Shown one piece after another: positions 10,037 to 19,500 of a stretch of 64,000 nt of DNA. A program made the translations under genes and the position numbers. Position 1 is the first letter of the stretch. Every line of letters starts with the position of its first letter. The notes under the pieces are model-generated. The model was not told the DNA's origin. It made no database searches and saw nothing but the letters and a program-made list of their open reading frames with translations. Origin of the DNA: Candidatus Binatia bacterium (GTDB lineage: Bacteria > Desulfobacterota > Binatia > Bin18); the NCBI GenBank assembly GCA_963664395.2, contig OY761159.2:736001-800000 (forward strand), read 5' to 3'.

Positions 10037-10249
10037 ATGTATATATTCCCCGCCCAGTGAAGCCGCGCAGCCTGGAGTCTGGAATCCCCAGACCATATGC
10101 TCCCTCCCCTCTTTTCTGCAAGACCGTTCAATGCAGATGTCCAATCAAGATGTTCAATCGAGGAAAGAGAGCGCCTTGCTTTTCGTACGGTCCGGCGCTA
10201 TGGCCAGAGAGAAGATTGGTACACACTCATCAAAGGAGGGAGTCACACC

Positions 10250-10672
10250 ATGGCGAACAAAGATTTTGAAGTGAAACAAATCCTCAAGGCATATCGGCAG
10301 GGGCTGATCTCAGACGAACTGTTCGCAGAACAGATGCAAGAACTTGGGGCAAACGGCGCGACAGGCGGGCTTGATGTTGCCAACGTCTTTGACCACCGGG
10401 GGAGCCTATTCGCGAAGCTGCAGGAAACCCCTATGAGTCAAACCGTCGCATTCACCCTGCCGGCCGGCTATGGCAACGACACGGAGAATACCCACAAGGG
10501 CGACCAGATTATTTATGCCATCGAAGGCTGCGCAACCGCCAAAGTGTCCGGCACAGAGCAAGACATCAAAGCCGGTGATGTGCTCATGATTCCGGCCGGC
10601 GCTCCCCATACTCTTCGAACCGGGAACGAATCGTTCTTTGGCTTGACCATCCTGGCGCCGCCGGAACTGTAG
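10250..10672 (+). CDS. Cupin-domain protein with a SHOCT-like N-terminal helix pair
   Basis: RBS aaggagg. Cupin motifs H..DQIIY..EG and GDVLMIPAGAPH; N-terminal LKAYRQGLISDELF. Confidence 0.8.
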   Translation: MANKDFEVKQILKAYRQGLISDELFAEQMQELGANGATGGLDVANVFDHRGSLFAKLQETPMSQTVAFTLPAGYGNDTENTHKGDQIIYAIEGCATAKVSGTEQDIKAGDVLMIPAGAPHTLRTGNESFFGLTILAPPEL

Positions 10673-10726
10673 CCACTCTCGGACGACCTCTTCGGCAATA
10701 CCGGGGGGCGCAGCCTGCTGCGTCCC

Positions 10727-11350
10727 CTACGCTAACGCCCGGATCACCTCATCCGACGTACATACCGTTGTCAGCCCTCCCAGGGCTGCGCCTAAAATCA
10801 CCCCATGGGCTTCTTCGGTCGTCGCCGCACAGCAGTCTTCGGGAATGAAGATGTGATAGCCGCGGTCAGTTCCGTCCCGGGCTGTGCCTTCGACCACGCC
10901 ATCTGTGGCGATGCCGGTCAGCACCAGGTGGGTGCGCCCTTGGGAATTGAGAATGGCTTCCAAAGGACTGGCGTAAAAGGAACTCACCCGCGTTTTGGTA
11001 ATCACCAAGTCTTCCGGCTCGGGGGTGAGGTCGGCATGGATGTCAGCTCCCCACGTCCCGTCCTGTAAGGCTTCCATTTGCTTGATCACCTGAAAGACCT
11101 TTACGTGCTCCAGTAAGTCGGAGTAATCCGACCGGTAGGCATGTCGAACATGGATGATCGGTACGTGCGCCGTCCTCCCCGCGGCAGCCAGGGCGCTGAT
11201 ATTTCCCAAGATGTTCTTTTCCTTAATAAGCCTGGGCATGGCCCCGCCAGTCAGGTGCCCGCCAAATTTGCCGTCTTCATGCACAATATCGTTCTGGCAG
11301 TCCATTATCAGAATGACGGTTTTCTCTTTTGGCAACGTTAGCGCACTCAT
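10727..11350 (-). CDS. Isochorismatase/cysteine-hydrolase family protein (catalytic Cys absent)
   Basis: IMDCQND, GTWGA, K.RVSSF, GIATDGVVEGTARD..DRGY and DCCA motifs. Confidence 0.85.
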   Translation of the reverse strand: MSALTLPKEKTVILIMDCQNDIVHEDGKFGGHLTGGAMPRLIKEKNILGNISALAAAGRTAHVPIIHVRHAYRSDYSDLLEHVKVFQVIKQMEALQDGTWGADIHADLTPEPEDLVITKTRVSSFYASPLEAILNSQGRTHLVLTGIATDGVVEGTARDGTDRGYHIFIPEDCCAATTEEAHGVILGAALGGLTTVCTSDEVIRALA

Positions 11351-11472
11351 GCGACCCTCCTCCTTTTTGTGTCCTCTAGTGTATCCGGCGTATTCACTCT
11401 GATCCTATATCAATAATATTTTGCTCTGTCGCGCCGGCGTGTGGCAGAGCGGATACATCACCTCATTTCAGA

Positions 11473-11501
11473 TTGACAGACCAGAACATCCTCTATCTAA
11501 T
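11473..11501 (+). promoter_or_regulatory. Sigma70-like promoter for the MFS gene (near-leaderless)
   Basis: TTGACA-17bp-TCTAAT, with the ATG 9 nt downstream and no Shine-Dalgarno sequence. Confidence 0.55.
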
Positions 11502-11509
11502 CGCGGCTG

Positions 11510-12835
11510 ATGAGAGAGCCAGATTCCTTGGACGACCTCAAGAGCGAGGGCGGGCGAGCAGACCGCGGCGAACGGGTCTTCTATGGCTGGCTGATTGTCG
11601 GCGTCCTGTTCTTTATCTCCATCATCGACGGGGGGTTCACCTATACCTTCTCGACCTTTCTGAAGCCGCTCACCCAGGAGTTCGGCTGGTCACGCGCCGA
11701 GACCGCCACGGCTTTCTCCCTGTATTTGTTCGTTGCCGGCCTCGTCCTGCCCGTGTGGGGATGGCTCATCGACCATGTTGGTGCCCGCTGGGTCTTTCTG
11801 CTGAGCGCACTCATTGACGGCGTCGCCCTGCTCTTGCTCAGCACAGTCCACAGCCTTACCGGCTTCTATGCCTTATACCTGTTTTTAGGTGTCGGACTGG
11901 CAGGGATCGGCCCCATGCCCGTGGGTAAGGTCATTACCCAATGGTTTGTGGCCAAGCGGGGCCTGGCCATGGGCATCGCCCTGGTCGGCGCGAGTGGTGG
12001 CGGGCTGGTGCTCGTACCGCTGTGCGGTTTTTTGATCGCTGAATTTAGTTGGCGGCTGGGCTACCAGGTCCTGGCCGCCTTGTCCCTGTTCGGAATGCTG
12101 CCCCTGGTCTGGTTCTTTGTCATCAATACCCCAGAGGAAAAGGGACTCAAGCCGTTGGGGCAAAATAGTCCGCAAAATAGTCCGACAAAGAATCACACGC
12201 CGGTAACGCCTGAGCAAAAGCAAGAACCAAAACAGGACGCTCGGGACTGGACACTCAGACAAGCGCTGTCCACGCCAACCTTTTGGCTCTTAGGGGTCGC
12301 ATTCTGTCTGGGGCTGATGGCGGCTGGGGCTGTGCATGCCCACCAGGTCGCATTTTTTCAGGATGCCGGTTACAGCCTCGAGTTGGCTTCAACGATTACC
12401 GGCATCTCTTTAGGCATGAGTATGGCCGGGCGGTTTCTGGCCGGCTGGGTCAGCGAACACGTCCGCCACCCGCACGCCCTCCTCGCCGAGTGTCTGTGCA
12501 TGCAGGCGGTCGGCATCGGGGCCTTACTCTATCTGGAGAGCCTCGGGTTCTGGGCGCTGGCGCTGTTCGTGACGCTCTTTGGACTGGGGTATGGCGGCAT
12601 GATTGTGCTGTGGCCTTTGACGGTCGGACATGATTTTGGGCGGCAGTCTTTTGGGGCAATTGCCGGTGTACTGGGTACGTTGGGGCTGAGCCTTGGAGGC
12701 GCGCTGGGACCCATCGTTGCCGGTGCGTTTTATGATAACACCGGCAGTTATGACTGGGCGTTTGTGTCTTGCGTGGGCGTGTTTTTCGTGGGCGCAGGGG
12801 CCGCGGTCATGGCTCCGGAGCCGCGGGCTGTGTAG
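11510..12835 (+). CDS. MFS transporter (OFA/monocarboxylate-porter-like)
   Basis: FYGW start, GWLIDHVGAR motif A, WF.AKRGLAMGI and about 12 hydrophobic segments. Confidence 0.9.
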   Translation: MREPDSLDDLKSEGGRADRGERVFYGWLIVGVLFFISIIDGGFTYTFSTFLKPLTQEFGWSRAETATAFSLYLFVAGLVLPVWGWLIDHVGARWVFLLSALIDGVALLLLSTVHSLTGFYALYLFLGVGLAGIGPMPVGKVITQWFVAKRGLAMGIALVGASGGGLVLVPLCGFLIAEFSWRLGYQVLAALSLFGMLPLVWFFVINTPEEKGLKPLGQNSPQNSPTKNHTPVTPEQKQEPKQDARDWTLRQALSTPTFWLLGVAFCLGLMAAGAVHAHQVAFFQDAGYSLELASTITGISLGMSMAGRFLAGWVSEHVRHPHALLAECLCMQAVGIGALLYLESLGFWALALFVTLFGLGYGGMIVLWPLTVGHDFGRQSFGAIAGVLGTLGLSLGGALGPIVAGAFYDNTGSYDWAFVSCVGVFFVGAGAAVMAPEPRAV

Positions 12836-12942
12836 GGCAATCTGGCTTAGAGCAAATTACGATGCTGTGGAGCCGCCCGCTGGATGCCGGATCACGTCCG
12901 GCATGACGGAAGCTACATGGCTAGAGCCTAGCGTAAAACGCT

Positions 12943-14652
12943 CTAGCCGGAAGCCCGCGGACCCCGCAGCAGCTGACCGGGCAACGCGCCGGTGTGTTCG
13001 TTGTGACGCAACACAACCTCGCCGTTCACGACTGTGGCCAGAAAGCCCTGAGCCTTTTGCTTGAGTCGCCTCGCGCCAGCCGGCAGATCATACACGACCT
13101 CGGGTAACTGGGGTGCGACGGTCTGGGGATCAAAGATCACCACATCGGCGTTCCAGCCCTCACGCAACAACCCTCGTCCGCTCAGACCCCAGTGAGAGGC
13201 AGGAATGAAACTCAACTGGCGCACCGTCTCTTCCAGCGTCAGCGCCTGCTTCTCCCGAACCCAATGGCCCAGGACATGGGTTTGGAGTGAGGAGTCCATG
13301 ATCTGTGAGACATGCGCGCCGGAGTCTGAAAAAGTGATGACCGAGCGCGGGTGGCGCATCATTTCCAGCACGTGATCTTGATTCTGGTTGACGAGCGGTT
13401 GGAGGAAAAATTGTTTCAAGCCCTTCTCCAACGCCAAGTCAATAAACACCTCGACCGGATCTTGCTGACGCTCCTCAGCAATCTCGGCGATTGAACGATA
13501 CGGTGGAGTGGCGGAGTCCATGACAAACAGCCACTTAAAATTCGCCGCGCGCGGCTCCGCGCCGACCCCACTGTTCGGATTGCGCGGCTTGTGGTGGGCG
13601 GCTTCAACAAGCTTCTGGCGTGTTTGCGGATTACGCAGCGCGGCTTCCTGGGCGGCCAATGGGAGTTTTCTGATATCGCACCACACCGGCAAGGTATCGA
13701 ACGGCGTGGCCGTCTCGAATGACAGCACAACATTCAGCGGACGACTATGCACCTGGATGAACATCCGCCCACCCGCCGCGGCTGTTTCGTCGGCCAGGCT
13801 AAAAAACGGCTGCCACATATTGGGCGCTTGGCGGCTGCTGAACATACCAAACGTGACCGGCACGCCGGTATCAACGGCAAGCGCTTTGAGCCGACCGAGA
13901 TATTCATCAATCCGTTCGGGGTCGAACCGGGCGTCTTCGTTGGCAATTTCAAACACACCGGCGTTCAGCTCACCCATGACGCCCACCAGTTGGCGTACCT
14001 CCTCCCAGGTCGCCAGCCGGCTGGCAACCGGTTGACCGTCCGGCGTCTGATGGTTGTGGGTGCGTGAAGTGCTCAGTCCGATAGCACCAGCCTGAATAGC
14101 GGCCCGCACTTCGCGCTGCATGGCTTCCAGGTCTGTCGCACTCGCTGCTTGGGTAAATGCGCGCTCACCCATGATATAGGTACGCAGCGCCGAGTGACCG
14201 ATATAAGCGGCATAGTTAATGCCCTTCGGTAGCGCCTCAACCGCATCCAGATATTCCGGGTAGGTGGTCCAACTCCACGCAATACCCGCTTCCATTGCTT
14301 CCGGGGCAATATCTTCTGCCCGTTCAAGATTGCGCATCACCAGCAGTTTGTCCTGCTCGGCACACGGCGCGAGAGAAAAACCACAATTCCCCATCACCAC
14401 ACTGGTGACACCGTGCCAGCAGGAACACGTCCCCAGCGGGTCCCAGAACACCTGGGCATCCATATGGGTGTGGGCATCGACAAAGCCCGGAGCGACCACA
14501 TGCCCCTCGGCGTCAATCACCTCGTGCGCACTGTCGCGGATTCTGCCGATAGCCGCGATTTTTCCGTGGCTGATACCGACGTCAGCCTGAAAGCGGGGCA
14601 GTCCCGAACCGTCAATAAGCGTACCGTTTTTGATAAGCAGATCGTATTGCAT
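12943..14652 (-). CDS. N-acyl-D-amino-acid deacylase family amidohydrolase
   Basis: DLLIKNG.LIDGSG, PGFVDAHTHMD, HGVTSVVMGNCG, SDSGAH and RGLL..G.NADVVIFDP; RBS aaggagg. Confidence 0.9.
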   Translation of the reverse strand: MQYDLLIKNGTLIDGSGLPRFQADVGISHGKIAAIGRIRDSAHEVIDAEGHVVAPGFVDAHTHMDAQVFWDPLGTCSCWHGVTSVVMGNCGFSLAPCAEQDKLLVMRNLERAEDIAPEAMEAGIAWSWTTYPEYLDAVEALPKGINYAAYIGHSALRTYIMGERAFTQAASATDLEAMQREVRAAIQAGAIGLSTSRTHNHQTPDGQPVASRLATWEEVRQLVGVMGELNAGVFEIANEDARFDPERIDEYLGRLKALAVDTGVPVTFGMFSSRQAPNMWQPFFSLADETAAAGGRMFIQVHSRPLNVVLSFETATPFDTLPVWCDIRKLPLAAQEAALRNPQTRQKLVEAAHHKPRNPNSGVGAEPRAANFKWLFVMDSATPPYRSIAEIAEERQQDPVEVFIDLALEKGLKQFFLQPLVNQNQDHVLEMMRHPRSVITFSDSGAHVSQIMDSSLQTHVLGHWVREKQALTLEETVRQLSFIPASHWGLSGRGLLREGWNADVVIFDPQTVAPQLPEVVYDLPAGARRLKQKAQGFLATVVNGEVVLRHNEHTGALPGQLLRGPRASG

Positions 14653-14758
14653 CCTCCTTCTATAAACGAGGCGGAAGCTCGAAAGCAAGGCATGGAAAAC
14701 CGGCCGAATCTGACGTAGAGTATGCACGACAAATGGTAACCATAAGGAGGGAAATCCC

Positions 14759-15871
14759 ATGTCAGAGTATAAACTCATTTCAGCAGACTCACATTTCGTT
14801 GAGCCACCCAGCATGTGGGCCGAACGTATGGATAAAAAGTTTCGCGACCGCGCCCCCCGCACCGTCAAAGGACTGAACGGCCGCGACGGGGAGTGGTTCG
14901 TGTGTGAGAATATCACCCCGATGTCAGTCGCCGGCTTCTTTGGTGCCGGCGTGCCCTCGCCAGACCTTCCTGAGCACAGCAAAAAGGGCTTTGATGAAGC
15001 GCCCAAGAGTGTCTGGGACGCCGCCTATCGGATCGCGGATCAGGATCGGGACGGCGTACAGGCAGAGGTGATTTATACCTCCATGGGGATGCCGCTGTTC
15101 GGGTTGGACGACGCGGAACTCCGCTATTCCTGCTTTCGGGCCTTTAACGGCTGGGCGACCGAGTATTGCAGCTACGACCCGAAACGTCTCGTCCCACTCG
15201 GCCTTATCACGCTGGAAGACATTCCACTGGCCGTGGACGAACTGCAACGTATTGCCAAACAGGGCATGCGGGGCGCCATGATCTGGGCCGAGCCGCCGGA
15301 CGACCGGCCCTATAGTCATCCCGACTATGAGCCTTTTTGGGCCGCCGCCCAGGACCTCAATATGCCGCTCTCGCTCCACATTCTCACCGCCCGGAGCGGC
15401 ACGGGCGCAAACCAGGCGAGTGGCAAGGGTTTTCTGCTTTCCCTGGCGACCCTGCATCACCAGATTGAACGCTCGATTTCCGAGATGGTCTATGGCGGTG
15501 TGCTTGAGAAGTTTCCCAGCCTCAAGATCGTCTCGGCTGAAAACGATGTCGGCTGGATGGCTTATCTGATGTACCGCCTTGATATCGTGCAGCGGCGGCT
15601 CGGTGCGCTGGGAAACATGGACCTACCGCTACGTGCCAGTGATTATATCAAGCGGCAAGTCTACGCGACCTTTATCGCCGACCCGGTGTTTGTGGATTCT
15701 CTCCATCGCTACGGCCCGGACAACACCATGTGGTCGTCCGACTATCCGCATACGGCCGCAACCTTCCCACGTTCGCAGGAGATCGTGAAAAAACGGCTGG
15801 GCGCACTTCCCGAAGAAGATTTGCACAAGATCGTGTATGGAACGGCCGCACGCGTATACGGCTTGGAGTAA
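14759..15871 (+). CDS. Amidohydrolase_2 family protein
   Basis: ISADSHFVEP, DQDRDGV.AEVIY, PLSLH and MWSSDYPH motifs. Confidence 0.9.
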   Translation: MSEYKLISADSHFVEPPSMWAERMDKKFRDRAPRTVKGLNGRDGEWFVCENITPMSVAGFFGAGVPSPDLPEHSKKGFDEAPKSVWDAAYRIADQDRDGVQAEVIYTSMGMPLFGLDDAELRYSCFRAFNGWATEYCSYDPKRLVPLGLITLEDIPLAVDELQRIAKQGMRGAMIWAEPPDDRPYSHPDYEPFWAAAQDLNMPLSLHILTARSGTGANQASGKGFLLSLATLHHQIERSISEMVYGGVLEKFPSLKIVSAENDVGWMAYLMYRLDIVQRRLGALGNMDLPLRASDYIKRQVYATFIADPVFVDSLHRYGPDNTMWSSDYPHTAATFPRSQEIVKKRLGALPEEDLHKIVYGTAARVYGLE

Positions 15872-15916
15872 AACATATCGTCTCCAGTCCTGTTGACGAC
15901 GCCGTATAAACAAGAC

Positions 15917-15941
15917 AGGGCCGAGGAAAATCCTCGGCCCT
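15917..15941 (+). terminator. Strong intergenic hairpin (possible terminator or mRNA-stability element)
   Basis: agggccgagga-aaa-tcctcggccct, an 11-bp perfect stem with only a weak U tract. Confidence 0.45.
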
Positions 15942-15972
15942 CGTTCATACATTTGTTCATAAAGAGGAGTCT

Positions 15973-16524
15973 ATGAAACTCTCACAGCCCCGCATCACAC
16001 CAATCGGAGAAGATGAATGGACGGACGAACAACGCGAGTCACTAGAAGCCCGCTCCCGGGCGGGACATGTCTATAATGTCATTGGCACTATGGCTCGCCA
16101 CTGGGAAGCCTCAAAAAAGTTTCAGGTCTGGGCTTACCACGTCATGGGTGACACCTCGGCCTTGGTCCCGAGAGAGCGGGAGCTGTTAATCCTGCGCATC
16201 GGCTGGCAGTGTCAGGCCGAATATGAATGGGGTCAGCATGTGATTTTCGGTAAAGAAGCCGGCCTGACCGATGAAGAAATCGCACGGATTAAAACCGGCC
16301 CGGACGCCGCCGGCTGGGACCTATTTGATGCCACCCTCCTACGTGCCGCAGACGAACTGCACGCAGACGCGTTTATCAGCGACGCCACCTGGGCAGCCTT
16401 GAGCGAGCGCTATACGACCCAACAACTCATGGACGTGGTCTTTACCGTCGGACAGTACAATATGGTGTCCATGGCGCTCAACTCCTTTGGGGTGCAACTG
16501 GACGACGGCGTCAAAGGCTTCTGA
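15973..16524 (+). CDS. Carboxymuconolactone decarboxylase/AhpD-like protein
   Basis: RERELLILR......AEYEWGQH and LLRAADELH motifs. Confidence 0.88.
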   Translation: MKLSQPRITPIGEDEWTDEQRESLEARSRAGHVYNVIGTMARHWEASKKFQVWAYHVMGDTSALVPRERELLILRIGWQCQAEYEWGQHVIFGKEAGLTDEEIARIKTGPDAAGWDLFDATLLRAADELHADAFISDATWAALSERYTTQQLMDVVFTVGQYNMVSMALNSFGVQLDDGVKGF

Positions 16525-16591
16525 CAGTGCCCTGCCCTGGGAAGAATAGGCCAAGTAACAAGACTCTCACCCGGACACCGGTCGCCTTGCC

Positions 16592-19500
16592 GTGGATTTT
16601 CTCGCACTAGACCTCGAAGTCGGACGGCACGACAACCGCATCCATGCCTTTGGCGCAGTGCGGTCGTGGAGCGGCAAGGCCCAAACATTTCAGGGGGGCG
16701 ACCTAAACGCGGCCCTGGAAAACCTGGACACGTTTGCCAAGGGCGCGGATTACCTGCTGGGCCATAATCTGATCGCGTTCGACCTGCCTCATCTGACCGC
16801 GGCAAAACCCGGCCTGCGGCTGTTGCGCCTACCCGCAGTGGATACCTTGCGGCTCAATCCCCTGGCCTTCCCCCGCCATCCCTACCACCATCTGGTCAAG
16901 CACTATCAGGACGGACAACTCAAACGCGGACGTATAAACGACCCGGAGTTGGACGCCCGGCTCTGTCTGGACGTTTTCGGCGATCAGCAAAAAGCGCTGA
17001 GTGAAACGGACCCCGACTTGCTGACCGCCTGGCACTGGCTGACCGGCGCGGACGACGCCGGGGCCGGCTTTGACGCTTTCTTTGCGGCCCTGCGAGGGGC
17101 GGCCCGACCGTCCCACGTGGATGCCTATGGGGCGATCCGCGACCGGCTCGCGGACACGACCTGTCTCACCCAGAGCCGCACGGTGCTGCAAGAAGTCCTG
17201 GCGGATACGGCCGGCAACGGCTGGGGGCTGGCCTATGCGCTGGCTTGGCTGTCGGTAGCCGGCGGGAACTCGGTCATGCCGCCCTGGGTGCGGCATCAGT
17301 TCCCCGAAGCCGGGGTGCTGGTACGCCGGTTGCGCGACACGGCCTGCACCAGTCCCGCCTGCGAGTGGTGTCGGGAACGGCACGACGCCCGCAAGGAACT
17401 GACCCGCTGGTTCGGGTTTGCCGACTTTCGTCCGGAGCCCCACGACAAGGACGGCCAGCCCATGCAGCAGGCCATTGTTGAGGCGATCATGGCCGGACAG
17501 CACGTGCTGGGCATTTTGCCGACCGGCACCGGCAAATCACTGTGCTATCAAATCCCGGCCCTGTCCCGGTACGACAAGACCGGCGCGCTGACCGTGGTCA
17601 TCTCACCGCTGGTGGCGCTCATGGCCGACCAAGTCTCCGGCCTGGAATCCCACGGCGTCGTGTCCGGCGTGACCATCAACGGCATGCTGTCCATGCCCGA
17701 GCGCTCCGCGGCCCTGGAGCGGGTGCGCCTGGGCGATGCCAGCATCCTCATTGTCTCACCCGAGCAACTGCGCAGCCGTACCGTGCGCCGGGTCCTGGAA
17801 CAGCGTGAGATCAGCCTCTGGGTGCTGGACGAGGCGCATTGCCTGTCACGCTGGGGCCACGACTTCCGGCCCGACTACCGCTACGTGGCACGCTTCATCC
17901 GCGAGAAGGCACCCGACGGACAAATAGTCTGCCTGACGGCAACGGCCAAGCCCGAGGTGCGGGAAGACATACTCACCCACTTTCGTGACAAGCTCGGCGT
18001 TGACCTCAGCGTCTTTGACGGCGGCGCTCAACGCACCAATCTGGAATTCGTGGTCGTGCCGACGACGGGCGGTGAGAAGTTCGCTCATATTCACCAAATC
18101 CTGACCGCGGACCTGCCGTCGGGCAGGCCCGGCGGCGCCATCGTCTACTGCGCGACACGCGCCCAAACCGAATACATCGCCCAGTATCTCCGCGCCAAGC
18201 ATATCGACGCGGCTCACTTCCACGCCGGCCTGTCACCGGAGACCAAGAAGAACGTGCAGCAGCGCTTCATCTACGGCGACCTCCGGGTGATCGTCGCCAC
18301 CAACGCCTTCGGCATGGGCATAGACAAACCGGACGTGCGCTTGGTCATTCACGCCGATATCCCCGGCTCGCTGGAGAACTATGTGCAGGAAGCGGGCCGG
18401 GCCGGACGCGACCGGGAAACGGCGCGCTGTGTGCTGCTCTACACGACCGACGATATCGAGCGACAGTTCGGTATGTCGGCCCGCTCGCGGCTGACTCGGC
18501 CAGAAATCCACGCCATCCTGAAGGCGCTGCGCAACCTGGACCGCAAGAAGCGCATGGACGGCCAAGTCGTTGCCACCGTGGGGGAGATACTTGGCGAGGA
18601 CGAAGACGCCGCGTTCGAGCGCGACTCCGCGACCGACGATACGCGCGTGCGCACCGCCATATCCTGGCTGGAGGAAGCGAAATTATTGACCCGCGAGGAG
18701 GACCGCGTGCAGGTATTCCCCTCCTCCCTGCGGGTCGGCTCACTGGAAGAAGCCCGAGCCAAGCTGGCCAAGACCACCGTTACAGCCGACTATCGCCGGC
18801 GGTTGCTAGCTATTACCGAGAGCGTGATCGACGCCGACCCCGACGAGGGCATCTCCACCGACGAGTTGATGACAGTCTCCGGGTTGCCGGCGGAACAGGT
18901 GCGCCGCGCCCTGCACGACCTGGAGCGGCTGGGGATCGCCAACAACGACACTGTGCTGACCGCCTTTGTCCACACCGGGGTCCAGCACGCCTCGCCAAAA
19001 CGCTTGGACGAGGCCGCAGACCTGGAGCACGCCCTCATCGTCGCCCTGCAAGAGGCGGCCCCGGACATGGGGAAAGATGAAACCTCAACGCTACACGTGC
19101 GCCTCGTCACCCAACGGCTCAAGGACACCGGCCATACATCCGCCCTGCCGGAACGCGTAGTGCGCATTCTGCGCGGTCTTGCCCTGGACGGACGCGGCGA
19201 GGAGGGTGGCAAGGGCAGCCTGGGCTTACGCGGCCTGGGCCGCGAGGCCGTACAGATCACGCTTCAGCGCGAGTGGGCCGCGCTGATAGAGACCGCGGAG
19301 CGGCGCCGGGCCGCGGCCCGGGTGCTGCTGAACCACCTGCTCGACAGCCTGCCTTCGGGGAGTCGAGGCACGGACCTGTTAGCCGAAACAACCCTCGGCA
19401 AGCTGTTGAACGCGATCCGGTCTGACCTGGAGTTAAAGACCTCGGTCAGGAATCCCGAACGACTGCTGGACCGTGCCTTGCTGTGGCTGCACGAACAGGA

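Noticed and set aside
12943-15006. Extended ORF-track starts (15006, 9210, 10144, 33633, 3479, 62309, 49066)
   Set aside because: They overlap neighbouring genes or REPs. Downstream ATGs with an RBS or family-typical N-terminus were used instead.
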